This document shows, in pieces, positions 9,722 to 21,914 of a stretch of DNA of 64,000 nt; position 1 is the stretch's first letter, and the number at the start of each line of letters is the position of its first letter. The position numbers and the translations under genes were made by a program. Source of the DNA: Gemmatimonadota bacterium (GTDB taxonomy: Bacteria; Gemmatimonadota; Gemmatimonadetes; Palauibacterales; Palauibacteraceae); the NCBI GenBank assembly GCA_046758745.1, contig JBHIAV010000004.1:1-64000 (forward strand), in the 5' to 3' direction. Under the pieces are notes generated by a model that was given only the letters and a program-made list of their open reading frames with translations, searched no databases and was not told where the DNA came from.

Positions 9722-11376
9722 GGCGCTCCCGTGCCTGCCCGTGCCGCGGCCGTGAGCGGGTTCCCCTCGAAGCGCAGGATGAGGGTGGGCGGATCTCCCC
9801 CCGAGTACACGGGCTCGAAGCGGTCCCGGTACATCCGGATCGTGGGAATCAGGTACCGGTCCGTGGTCAGGCTGATCTGATCCACCACCACGTAGCTGGC
9901 GCCGAGCTCCTCCAGACCGCGAAGCACCACCGCCGGCTCGGCCGAGAAGCGGTAGAGCCCCCCCTGGCGACGGGCGAAGAGGAAGAAGAGGTCGGGCTTG
10001 CGGTTCGCGATCACGGCCCCCGGCGGCGTGTTCTGCGAGGCCCAGCGAGCGGCGGCATAGAAGCTCGCCATGCCCGGGGGGTCGCACGGCGCTCCGGCCC
10101 GGTAGCTCCTCACGCATTCGACCCGACCGGGGATGAGACGCCCAGCCGAGAGGATCGCGGGCACCGCCAGACCCACGAAGGCACCGGCGGGCCACCAGAA
10201 GCTCCATCGGCGCAGCGCCCACGAGCCCAGCGCCCCCACCCCGTCCAGCAGATAGAGGAGGAGGATCGGGAGGACCGGAAGAAGGAAGCGACGGTCCGTC
10301 CATACGGAAGGCCACAGGGTGATGAGCCCCAGGTAGAAGAGGGTGAAGAGTCCCGTCAGGGTGATCCCGCGTGTCGCTTCTCGCAGCCAGCCGGAAAGGG
10401 CGAGGCCGGCCGCCACGGCACCGAAGAGAACCACGAGGGGGTTCGCGGCGAAGGGGCCGGGTCCTCCCCCGATGCCCAGCGACTGTGGGAGGACGGCGCT
10501 CACGTACAGCCACAGGTTGGACGCCGCCCGCGCCAGGAGACCGGCCGGTCCGACCTGACCCAGCTGGGGCTCGTACGGGTTCACCAGCAGGAGCTGCTCC
10601 ACATACCCCGGTTGGCCCGGAGGACCAAGGCGCTGGAAAAGCCCCCACCCGACGAGGATGAGGAGCGCCGCGAGGAGAGACGCCGCGGCTTCCCTCCGCC
10701 GGCGAAGAAGAAGCGGGTGGATGGCCAGCGCCGCGAGGAGGGAGAGGCCGGCCGACCGCGTCAGGAAAGCGGCCGCCCCGGCCGCGACCGCCGCCCGCCG
10801 GCCCGCCGGGTTCTCCGAGCCGCGGGCGAGCAATGCCGCCAAGACGAGCAAGGTGAAGAGCGCTTCCGAGAGCACGTAGTGCGAGTACTCCAGCAGCAGG
10901 GGGCTCACGGCGAGGAGACCCGCCGCCAGGAAGGCCGTTCGCTCACCGACGATCTGGCGTCCGAGCGCGAAGACGAGCCACACGCTGCCCGCCGTCAGAG
11001 CGAGCGAGACGAGCTTGAACAGCTGCACGCCGCCCAGCCAGCCGAGGGCCGCCAGGAGAAGGGGAAAGACGGGCGGGTACTTCGTGTGGAGCGGGCTCCC
11101 CACCAGGTGGATGTCCCGGTACCCGCTCCCCGTGCGCAGCGACTCTCCGAGGATCATGTATTCGGCGTTGTCGCCGCCCGGGAAGAGCGTGGGATCGTAC
11201 AGGAGCAGGCCGAGGACCAGGTGGAGGGCGACGGCGACGAGCGCCCACCGCGCAGCCGGGAGTCCGAGCGCTCCCTCTACGTCGCGCGCCTCTGCTCCTT
11301 TCGCGTCGCCTCTCGCGGCGGCGGGGCCGGTCTCCGCGACCGAAGCGGCGGCCCGCCGTCCACACCGGGCCGACAT
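9718..11376 (-). CDS. ArnT/PMT-like GT-C glycosyltransferase
   Basis: First-loop 'GDNAEY', 'KYPPVFP', 'VLSEALF', 'RFLLP'; about 11 TM segments. Confidence 0.82.
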   Translation of the reverse strand: MSARCGRRAAASVAETGPAAARGDAKGAEARDVEGALGLPAARWALVAVALHLVLGLLLYDPTLFPGGDNAEYMILGESLRTGSGYRDIHLVGSPLHTKYPPVFPLLLAALGWLGGVQLFKLVSLALTAGSVWLVFALGRQIVGERTAFLAAGLLAVSPLLLEYSHYVLSEALFTLLVLAALLARGSENPAGRRAAVAAGAAAFLTRSAGLSLLAALAIHPLLLRRRREAAASLLAALLILVGWGLFQRLGPPGQPGYVEQLLLVNPYEPQLGQVGPAGLLARAASNLWLYVSAVLPQSLGIGGGPGPFAANPLVVLFGAVAAGLALSGWLREATRGITLTGLFTLFYLGLITLWPSVWTDRRFLLPVLPILLLYLLDGVGALGSWALRRWSFWWPAGAFVGLAVPAILSAGRLIPGRVECVRSYRAGAPCDPPGMASFYAAARWASQNTPPGAVIANRKPDLFFLFARRQGGLYRFSAEPAVVLRGLEELGASYVVVDQISLTTDRYLIPTIRMYRDRFEPVYSGGDPPTLILRFEGNPLTAAARAGTGAP

Positions 11377-12375
11377 CTACGTCCTGTCTCTCAGCTCCCG
11401 GCGCAGCTCCTCGACCTCGCTGCGCAGGCCGGCGATGAGCTCCGCGAGGAAGCCGACCACGAAGAGGAGAAGGCCCACAACGACCAGGAGGACCACCAGG
11501 CTGAGCAGCGGGCGGAAGCCACGCTCCAGCACGAACCGAAGGTACAGGGCGACGAGGCCCGTGACGCCGCCCAGGAGGAGGACGAACAGCCCGGTGAAGC
11601 CGAAGAAGATCATCGGCTTGCGGCTGAACACGAGCTGGAACCACACCGCCAACAGGTCCAACGTTCCGACCAGGATGCGGCGCCGGCCGGAGTACTTCGA
11701 CTCCCCGTGTCTGCGCGGGCGCAGCTCAATGTCGATCTCCGCCACCCGGTACCCCCTCGCGTGCGCCAGCACCACGAGGAAGCGGTGCCAGTCCTCCCGC
11801 AGGTGCAGATCGTCCAGAACGCGGCGGCGGAACGCCTTCATCGCGTTGAGGTCGCGGACGGGGACGCGGAAGATGGCACGCGACAGCCAGTTGTAGATGC
11901 CGGAGACGAACCGCTTCTCGTACCGGCCGACCTTCCGGCCCGTGACCACGTCAACCCCGCCGCTCAGCGCCTCCATGAAGCGCGGGATCTCGTCCGTGGC
12001 GTGCTGCAGGTCCGCGTCGAACAGAACGAGAATGTCGCCGCGCGCCTCACGCGTGGCGCTGAGCAGAGCCTCGGTCTTCCCGCGGTTCCTCCGGTGTCGG
12101 ATGAAGCGGACCCGATCGAAGCCGGCTGTCTCCGCGGCGCGTCGCGCGGCCTCCAGCGTGCCATCGGTGGACCCATCGTCCACCAACACCACCTCCCCGG
12201 AGAGGCGGTGCTCGCGGAAAGTGGATGCCAACTCCCCGAACAGCTCCGGCATGTTCGCGGCCTCGTTGTAGGCCGGGATGATGACCGAAAACTCCGGAGC
12301 GGAGGGAGCGGCGGGGTCGGGGGTCGGGGCTTCTTCCAGAGGAGAGAGGAGGTACTGCCGTTTGCTCTCGGTCAT
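11377..12375 (-). CDS. GT2 polyprenyl-phosphate glycosyltransferase (GtrB/ArnC-like) with two C-terminal TM helices
   Basis: 'IIPAYNE', 'DDGSTDGT', 'FDADLQH', 'HRF', 'GESKY'. Confidence 0.88.
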   Translation of the reverse strand: MTESKRQYLLSPLEEAPTPDPAAPSAPEFSVIIPAYNEAANMPELFGELASTFREHRLSGEVVLVDDGSTDGTLEAARRAAETAGFDRVRFIRHRRNRGKTEALLSATREARGDILVLFDADLQHATDEIPRFMEALSGGVDVVTGRKVGRYEKRFVSGIYNWLSRAIFRVPVRDLNAMKAFRRRVLDDLHLREDWHRFLVVLAHARGYRVAEIDIELRPRRHGESKYSGRRRILVGTLDLLAVWFQLVFSRKPMIFFGFTGLFVLLLGGVTGLVALYLRFVLERGFRPLLSLVVLLVVVGLLLFVVGFLAELIAGLRSEVEELRRELRDRT

Positions 12376-13814
12376 ACTCTCTTGCGCATGCGCGCGGAGA
12401 GGATGCCGAGCTGGTCTCTGTACTTGGCCACGGTGCGCCGCGCGATCTGTACGCCTTCCTTCTTGAGGAGATCCACGATCGCCTGGTCGGTGAGCGGCGA
12501 GTGGGAATCCTCCTCGGACACCAGCTTCCGGATGCGGGCGCGGATCCCACGCGCCGACACGTCCTCTCCGTAGTCGGTGGAGAGGCCGCTCGAAAAGAAG
12601 AACTTCAGCGGAAGGACGCCGCGTGGCGTCTGGGCGTACTTCTCATTCGTGACGCGGGAGACCGTCGACTCGTGCATGTCGATGTGCTCGGCCACCTCCC
12701 GGAGCGTGAGGGGGCGTAGATGCTCGACTCCCTTCTCGAAGAAGTCCCGCTGCCGGTCGACGATGAAGTTCATCACCTTGAGCATGGTCTGTCGGCGTTG
12801 CTCGATCGCCTGGATCATCCACTGGGCGCTGTTGAGCTTCTTCGAGATGAACGCCTTGTTTTCCCCCTGAAACTGCCCACGATCCTTCGCCACCTCGCGG
12901 TACGCGCGCGACAGCTTGAGCCTCGGGAGCGTGCTGTCGTTGTGGAAGACGTAGTACTCCCCGTCCACCTTCTCGACGATGAGGTCCGGGGTTACGTAGT
13001 TGTCGCGCATGTCCGCGTACTTGAGCCCAGGCTTGGGATCGAGCTTGGCGATCTCATCCGCCGCCGCTTGTACCTCTTTCGGCGAGATGCCGTGCTCCTT
13101 CGACAGCTCGCTCCAGCGATGATTCACCAGTTCGTCGAAGTGGTCCCGCACGATGCGATACGCGAGCCTCTCCGTCTCCCCCCGGTCACGCAGCTGGATG
13201 AGAAGGCACTCGCGGAGGTCTCGGGCGCCGACCCCGCTCGGGTCGAACCCCTGGATGACCGCGAGCATGCGTTCGATCTCCTCCACCTCGAAAGGGCCCT
13301 CTGACTCGGCGAGCTCGAGCTCGCCGGACTCGACGAGCGAGTTGAGGGAAGCGGTCACCTCCTCGACCGAGCAGGTGAGGAAGCCCTCGCGGTCTATGTT
13401 GCCGATGATCTCGGAGCCGATGAGCATCTCGCGCGGTCCGAGCTTCTGGAGAGTGAGCTGGTCCGCGAGGCGTGAGGCCAGGTCGGGCACGTCCACCGGC
13501 GTGGGCTCGTAGAACTCCCGGCGTTCGTACTCGGCCCGGCGTCCGCCCGCATCGAACCCGTTGAGGAGGATCTCTTCCCAGTCGATCTCGTCCTCTTCCT
13601 CCTCCGTCTCCTCCTTCTGCTCCTCCTCCAGCTCCTCTTCCACCGGCTCGACGAGGTCGAGGAAGGGGTTCGTGAGGAGTTCCTGCTTCAGGTGCTGTTG
13701 GAGATCGAGGAGGGGCATGTACAGGAGATCCATCGCCTGGTACAGGCGCGGATTCACCTTCATCTCCTGCCTCATCCGCAGGCCGTGCGAAAGCCCCTTC
13801 CCGAGGTTCGCCAT
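12372..13814 (-). CDS. rpoN: RNA polymerase sigma-54 factor
   Basis: RpoN box 'ARRTVAKYR', 'HESTVSRV', 'GVGARDLRECLLIQL'; start taken as ATG at 13814. Confidence 0.97.
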   Translation of the reverse strand: MANLGKGLSHGLRMRQEMKVNPRLYQAMDLLYMPLLDLQQHLKQELLTNPFLDLVEPVEEELEEEQKEETEEEEDEIDWEEILLNGFDAGGRRAEYERREFYEPTPVDVPDLASRLADQLTLQKLGPREMLIGSEIIGNIDREGFLTCSVEEVTASLNSLVESGELELAESEGPFEVEEIERMLAVIQGFDPSGVGARDLRECLLIQLRDRGETERLAYRIVRDHFDELVNHRWSELSKEHGISPKEVQAAADEIAKLDPKPGLKYADMRDNYVTPDLIVEKVDGEYYVFHNDSTLPRLKLSRAYREVAKDRGQFQGENKAFISKKLNSAQWMIQAIEQRRQTMLKVMNFIVDRQRDFFEKGVEHLRPLTLREVAEHIDMHESTVSRVTNEKYAQTPRGVLPLKFFFSSGLSTDYGEDVSARGIRARIRKLVSEEDSHSPLTDQAIVDLLKKEGVQIARRTVAKYRDQLGILSARMRKRV

Positions 13815-14060
13815 CCGAGCTAACCGGCTCCCGCTCGACGCCGTTCGCTGACGCATCCTCTCATGCACCCTCCGCTCGAGAGGTCGAACCCTCTCTCCGG
13901 TCCCCGCAGGGCTGCGGCCCATCTCCCGCCCCGCCGCGGCCAACGGACCCTCTCCCACCCTCCACGGTCTTGCAAGATACAGCAACGTGAGGCGAGTGGC
14001 ACGCCTCGAAGAGGGCCCGAAACCGCCATCGGCGCCGTCTGGACCCGTATTTCCGCGCAC

Positions 14061-15314
14061 CTACAACCTGAAGTCCACTCCCAAGTACATCTTTCGTGCC
14101 TCCGGGTCGTTCACCAGCGCTTCCGCCGGACCCTCGATGTGGATTCGACCGTTGAACATGAGGTAGGCCCGGTCGGTGATCGACAGGGTCTCCCGCACGT
14201 TGTGATCGGTGATGAGCACGCCGAGTCCCCGAGCACGGAGGTCCGCCACGATGCGCTGAATGTCGTCCACCGCGATCGGGTCGACTCCCGCGAAGGGCTC
14301 GTCGAGGAGCATGAACTTGGGTCTGGTCACCAGGGCCCTCGTGATCTCGAGCCGCCGCCGCTCACCGCCCGACAGGGAGTATGCGGCGCTCTTCCGCAGG
14401 TGCTTGATCGACAACTCATCGAGCAGCTCCTCGAGACGCCGCTTCCGCTCTTCGCGCGTCATGTCGAGTGTCTCGAGGATCGCCAACACGTTCTGCTCCA
14501 CGGTGAGCTTTCTGAAGATCGACGGCTCCTGGGAGAGGTATCCGATGCCCGCGCGGGCCCGCCGGTACATCGGGACCCGGGTGAGCTCCCGGTCGTCCAG
14601 GAAGACCCGACCCTGTTCGGCCTTGATGAGCCCGACGATCATGTAGAACGTCGTGGTCTTGCCGGCCCCGTTCGGTCCGAGGAGGCCGACGATCTCCCCT
14701 TGTCGGAGAGTCAGGTTGACCCCGTCCACCACGCGGCGTCCGCCGAACGATTTCACCAGCCCCTCGGCCTTCAGCACGCTCGGCGCGGTGAGGGAGACGG
14801 GAGCCCGGCCCTCGATCTCGCCCAATTCCGAGACGGCAGGACGGACCGCGGCGGAGGGGACGCCCCCGACCGCCGTGGGCGGGGAGCCGGCGGAGAGGTC
14901 GCTCCTCGAGACACCATCGGCCAGACCGCCCCGGGCTCGAAACTCCTCGAGAAGCTGTTCCCGCTCGCCCGACACGCCGCGCCACAGCTCGGGCGCGAGG
15001 ACCACCCGCTCCTCCGGACCCCAACCCTCGAGCTTGGCCAGTCCGTCCGCCACGAGCCGGTGAACGAGGTTCTCCCGTAGGTAGCGGGCCACGGCTGCCG
15101 TGTCCATTCGCTCCACCCCGCGGCCGCGCCCTCCCGTCTCGTCCCCCGCCTCCCGGCGCCGGGCCAGCACGCCCTCGCGGAACTCGGCCGCCATGCGCCC
15201 CAGGAGCGTGCCTCCGGCGCGGTCGGCGTGACGGAGAAGAGCGTAAAGACCGAGCCACAGGAGCGGCTCGCTCTCGGGAACGATCGCCGCCAACCTCCGG
15301 CTGGTCTCTGTCAC
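14061..15314 (-). CDS. lptB: LPS export ABC ATPase with ~175-aa N-terminal extension
   Basis: '[16 protein letters not shown]', '[11 protein letters not shown]', 'DEPFAGVDP', '[10 protein letters not shown]'; GTG overlaps the upstream stop; lies between lptA-like and rpoN. Confidence 0.93.
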   Translation of the reverse strand: MTETSRRLAAIVPESEPLLWLGLYALLRHADRAGGTLLGRMAAEFREGVLARRREAGDETGGRGRGVERMDTAAVARYLRENLVHRLVADGLAKLEGWGPEERVVLAPELWRGVSGEREQLLEEFRARGGLADGVSRSDLSAGSPPTAVGGVPSAAVRPAVSELGEIEGRAPVSLTAPSVLKAEGLVKSFGGRRVVDGVNLTLRQGEIVGLLGPNGAGKTTTFYMIVGLIKAEQGRVFLDDRELTRVPMYRRARAGIGYLSQEPSIFRKLTVEQNVLAILETLDMTREERKRRLEELLDELSIKHLRKSAAYSLSGGERRRLEITRALVTRPKFMLLDEPFAGVDPIAVDDIQRIVADLRARGLGVLITDHNVRETLSITDRAYLMFNGRIHIEGPAEALVNDPEARKMYLGVDFRL

Positions 15315-16864
15315 GGTGCGCTTCCGGGGCGGCGGGGACCCTCCGGAGGGGACGTCGTATCGGGCACGGCGCCGCCCGGCGCGCCCGGCCTGCCGGCTGC
15401 CGGAGAGGCATCGGGCGCCGGCTCGCTCTCCTGCGGCGCTTCGGCGGTCGGCGCCCTCTGCTCCGGTGCGGCCCGTGTGGGCGCTCTCTGCTCCGGTGCG
15501 GCCCGTCTCGGCGCCGCCTGCCCCGGCGGGATGGAGAACGCCTCATCCGGTTCGAGATAGACGCCCACCGCGTCCTGGCCGACCACCTCCGACGCCTCGC
15601 CGTCCACGAAGCGCACCTCGATCTCTCTGCCCACCAGATAGTTCCGCGACGGGCGATCGGCACGGGCGGAATCTCTCACCGCCGCGTAAAAGGACCGGGC
15701 ATTCCCCACCGCACGGAGGCGGTCGAGCGGGCGTCGCCGGTCCCCCGCATCCGGCGCGGAGTCCACCCCCTCGGGCTGGCCGTCCGATCCGGGGACGAAG
15801 CGGGCGAAGATCGTGTCGCCCACAATCCAGTTCGACCCCTCGGCGAGGTCGAGGCGGGGTCCCGCGGCGAGCGGGACCTCTTCGCCTCGCTCCCCTTCCA
15901 CCGCCGCGGCCCGCCCCACGGCAACCATCGAGTCCACCGCTCCACCAACGAACACGAAGTGCAGAGAATCACCCCACAGACGGTACCCCTCCGAGAGACC
16001 GAGCGCATGGGGACCGCCGAACGCCCACAGCTCCTCCACCTGGCCCTCGAAGACCCGGACCTTCACCTGGTCCGACCGAAGCTCGAACGCCTCTCCGACG
16101 GCTCGCGCATCGCCGAGCGCGTGGACCTCCCGAAGCTCCTGGGCAACGAACAGAACCCGCACGCTGTCTCCGAGGAGCTCGAAACCCTTTCCTTTCACCA
16201 CAGGCGAACCGTACAGCATGCCGGTCCCCCCGATCAGGTCGAAGGCCGCGCTGTCCGCCGTCGCATCGAGATCGGAGCGCCGAATCCGCACGTCCCCCCT
16301 GGCACGTGCCCGTTCCTCCCCGATGAACTCCGCGAAGTCGGCGTCCACCTCGAACGGCTCCCCACCCTCTCCGCCTCCCAATGTCCTGAGCGTGATGTGG
16401 GGTCTTCCGCTCGCGACGGTGCGGTCCACGCCCCTCACCGGCGCGCGAAAGAACTCCACGCGCGGCCCGCGAAGGATGGAGCCGGACCGGAGACGGGTGA
16501 GGACGACGTCCACCTCGGCGAGGACCCGGTCCTCACGCTCGAAGTAGGTGAGGAGCCGCGACCGCAGGGTCCGCGTGGTGTCGCGGTAGTGAACCCGTCC
16601 AAACAGCTCGAGTCGTCCCTGGCGGTCGTGGTCGATCGCGCTGTCGGCCGTCATCGTCGCGTCGCCGCACCGGCCGATCATCCCCCGGCTCATGTGCGTG
16701 ATGTACGCCTCGGCAGCGAGCGGATCCGAGAAGCTCACGCTGCGCGACGCAGGCGTCGTGCCCTCCAGAAAGAGCGTGCAGCGGCTTCGCCCCTGCGCCG
16801 GGCCCGACCGGGGCGTGAGAGCCAAGAGGGCGAGACCGAGGCAGAGAGCCCTGCCCGCGGACAT
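15311..16864 (-). CDS. Large LptA/OstA-like beta-jellyroll periplasmic protein
   Basis: Signal peptide from ATG 16864; OstA-like beta repeats ('ADSA', 'ARGDVRI', 'GDSVRV', 'GDTIFARF'); between lptC and lptB. Confidence 0.75.
   Translation of the reverse strand: MSAGRALCLGLALLALTPRSGPAQGRSRCTLFLEGTTPASRSVSFSDPLAAEAYITHMSRGMIGRCGDATMTADSAIDHDRQGRLELFGRVHYRDTTRTLRSRLLTYFEREDRVLAEVDVVLTRLRSGSILRGPRVEFFRAPVRGVDRTVASGRPHITLRTLGGGEGGEPFEVDADFAEFIGEERARARGDVRIRRSDLDATADSAAFDLIGGTGMLYGSPVVKGKGFELLGDSVRVLFVAQELREVHALGDARAVGEAFELRSDQVKVRVFEGQVEELWAFGGPHALGLSEGYRLWGDSLHFVFVGGAVDSMVAVGRAAAVEGERGEEVPLAAGPRLDLAEGSNWIVGDTIFARFVPGSDGQPEGVDSAPDAGDRRRPLDRLRAVGNARSFYAAVRDSARADRPSRNYLVGREIEVRFVDGEASEVVGQDAVGVYLEPDEAFSIPPGQAAPRRAAPEQRAPTRAAPEQRAPTAEAPQESEPAPDASPAAGRPGAPGGAVPDTTSPPEGPRRPGSAP
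15451..15510. repeat. 30-bp tandem duplication encoding RAAPEQRAP twice in the LptA-like protein tail
   Basis: gcgccctctgctccggtgcggcccgtgtgg / gcgctctctgctccggtgcggcccgtctcg. Confidence 0.9.
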
Positions 16865-17409
16865 CACTCGGGGACCTCCACCCGAGGTGCAACCACGGAC
16901 GGACGTTCGATCTCGACCCGGTCCAGGCTGGGATCGGTGACGAAGCTCGCGCCCCTCGTCGTGGTGCCTCCCTGTGTGAACACGAACGTGGTGTCCCCGT
17001 GCAGCCGGTCGGTCCGCGCCGCGTACTCCAGTCTCTCCGTCTCGAGCCGCCGGCCCCGCAATGGCTGCACCACGACGACGTTCCCCGCCGCCTCCATGTC
17101 CTCGGTGCGCGTGTCGTACACTCCACGGCGCGCGGTGAGGACCGAGAGCTCCTCGCCCTGGGCGCCGAGGAAGCGAATCGTCAAGTTTCGCAGGTGGATG
17201 CGTGAGTCGTCCGGGAGCACGAGCACGGTGTCCGCGCTGACGCGCGCCCGCCGGACCCCGTCGCTCGTGAGGAACTGCTCCACCCCGATCATCACCTGTT
17301 CCGCCTCGAGCTCCTGGAGCTCGGGGCCCGCCACCACCACCGGTTCCTCCTCCCCGCATCCAGCCAAGAGGAAGGTGAGCGAGATCGCCCCGAGGATCAT
17401 CTCCCTCAT
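16864..17409 (-). CDS. lptC: LPS export periplasmic protein LptC, lipoprotein-type
   Basis: 'LLAGC' lipobox; 'LTARRGVYD', 'GNVVV', 'LETERLEY', 'GASFVTDPSL'; gene position. Confidence 0.85.
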   Translation of the reverse strand: MREMILGAISLTFLLAGCGEEEPVVVAGPELQELEAEQVMIGVEQFLTSDGVRRARVSADTVLVLPDDSRIHLRNLTIRFLGAQGEELSVLTARRGVYDTRTEDMEAAGNVVVVQPLRGRRLETERLEYAARTDRLHGDTTFVFTQGGTTTRGASFVTDPSLDRVEIERPSVVAPRVEVPE

Positions 17410-17790
17410 GCCACCCCGGCGCGTCGGAGGCCGAGCAGAGGCACGATCCCCGGTAGCCGCGCCTCGACGTCCACCACCGGCAGCGCCATGATCCGATGCG
17501 CCTCGAGCAGGACGACTGCTTCGGCCGCAAGATCGTCCGAACCGCACGTCTCTGAATCCCGGTTCATCGCCTTCTCCACCGGCCGGTCCGGGAAGCCGGG
17601 ATCTCCCGGGGCGAACGGCCGGGCTCGCCCGCCGTCGGCACCCCGATCATCCGCCGTCGCCCGTCCACGATGGCCCCGCGTCCCGGCGGGACGGGACCCC
17701 GCGCACGGTACGGGCCAGGATCACGTCCGGCGGCAGGCTGGGCAGCTCACCTTCGTCGCTCGCCATCACACGCGTACCCCCCAGTGCAGC
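17406..17790 (-). pseudogene. kdsD: Frameshifted relic of KdsD/KpsF/GutQ arabinose-5-phosphate isomerase (CBS pair only)
   Basis: Three successive frames give VMASDEGELPSLPPDV / AIVDGRRRMIGVPTAGE / DRPVEKAMNRDSETCGSDDLAAEAVVLLEAHRIMALPVVDVEARLPGIVPLLGLRRAGVA*; the stop overlaps the lptC ATG; no room for the SIS domain. Confidence 0.72.
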
Positions 17791-17797
17791 CGCCGGC

Positions 17798-18429
17798 CTA
17801 GCCTCCCTCCCGAGTGGCACCGGCCGACCCGGCATCCGCCTCCTCTTCGACTATTCCGGCCGCGGCTTCGCATTCGGCCAGGTACCGCTCTACCAGCCCC
17901 TCCCACTCCCCCCGGGCCCGCAGCAGGGCTTCGACGAACTCCCGCAGCGCCCCTTTCCCACCGGGCACGCGCCCCTGCCAGCGAGCGACGGCCCGCACCT
18001 CGGGCACCGCGTTCGCCACCGCCGCGGGGAGGCCCACCCGCTTCAGTACGGGGATATCCGGAAGATCATCTGCCAGGAACGCGGCCTCCGTCCAGTCGGC
18101 TCCCATCCGCTCCAGGATGCCGTGCACGGCGGTGAGCTTGCCGCGGGGATCGACCTGGTGCACCTCCTCGATCCCGAGCGACCGGGCCCGCTCCCGCACG
18201 GCCGGAGACTCCTTGGCCGAGACGATCGCCACCCGGATCGAGGCGTGATGGAGCATGTGGATGGCGATTCCATCCTGTACGGCGAAGCGACGGAGCTCCC
18301 AGGAGGCTCCTTCGGCGTCTCCGTCCGCGACGTAGATCCCGCCGTCCGTGAGGACCCCGTCCGCGTCGAGGAGCACGACCTTCACGCGGAGCGCTGCCTC
18401 GGCCCGGAGGGAGCTCGGGGCGTCCGGTC

Positions 18430-18433
<4 letters not shown>
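17798..18433 (-). CDS. kdsC: KDO 8-phosphate phosphatase (HAD)
   Basis: 'LDADGVLTDG', 'FAVQDG', 'DDLPDIP', 'GGKGALRE'. Confidence 0.92.
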
Positions 18434-21762
<3,329 letters not shown>

Positions 21763-21804
21763 GGCTCGATGGTGTGGCGTGACGCAGCAAAATTCACGCC
21801 CGTA

Positions 21805-21834
21805 AACCTAGTACGGGGGCGGCTTTCCTGTCAA
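21805..21834 (-). promoter_or_regulatory. Putative sigma-70 promoter of the kdsB...rpoN/glycosylation run
   Basis: Minus strand TTGACA (21834-21829), 18 nt spacer, TAGGTT (21810-21805), upstream of kdsB. Confidence 0.6.
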
Positions 21835-21880
21835 AGTCGCCGCGGCCGCACTACCGGGCGCGCCGCACGGCCTTCGCGGA

Positions 21881-21904
21881 CCGGACCCCAGAGCGGGGGT
21901 CCGG
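21881..21904. terminator. GC hairpin after the outer-membrane protein gene
   Basis: ccggacccc-agagcg-ggggtccgg, 9-bp stem; no U tract. Confidence 0.4.
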
Positions 21905-21914
21905 GACCCCCGGC

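Noticed and set aside
13970-14010. Sigma-54 promoter upstream of rpoN
   Set aside because: TTGCTGTATCTTGCA lacks the -24 GG, and the nearby TGGCAC is on the other strand without a -12 TTGC.
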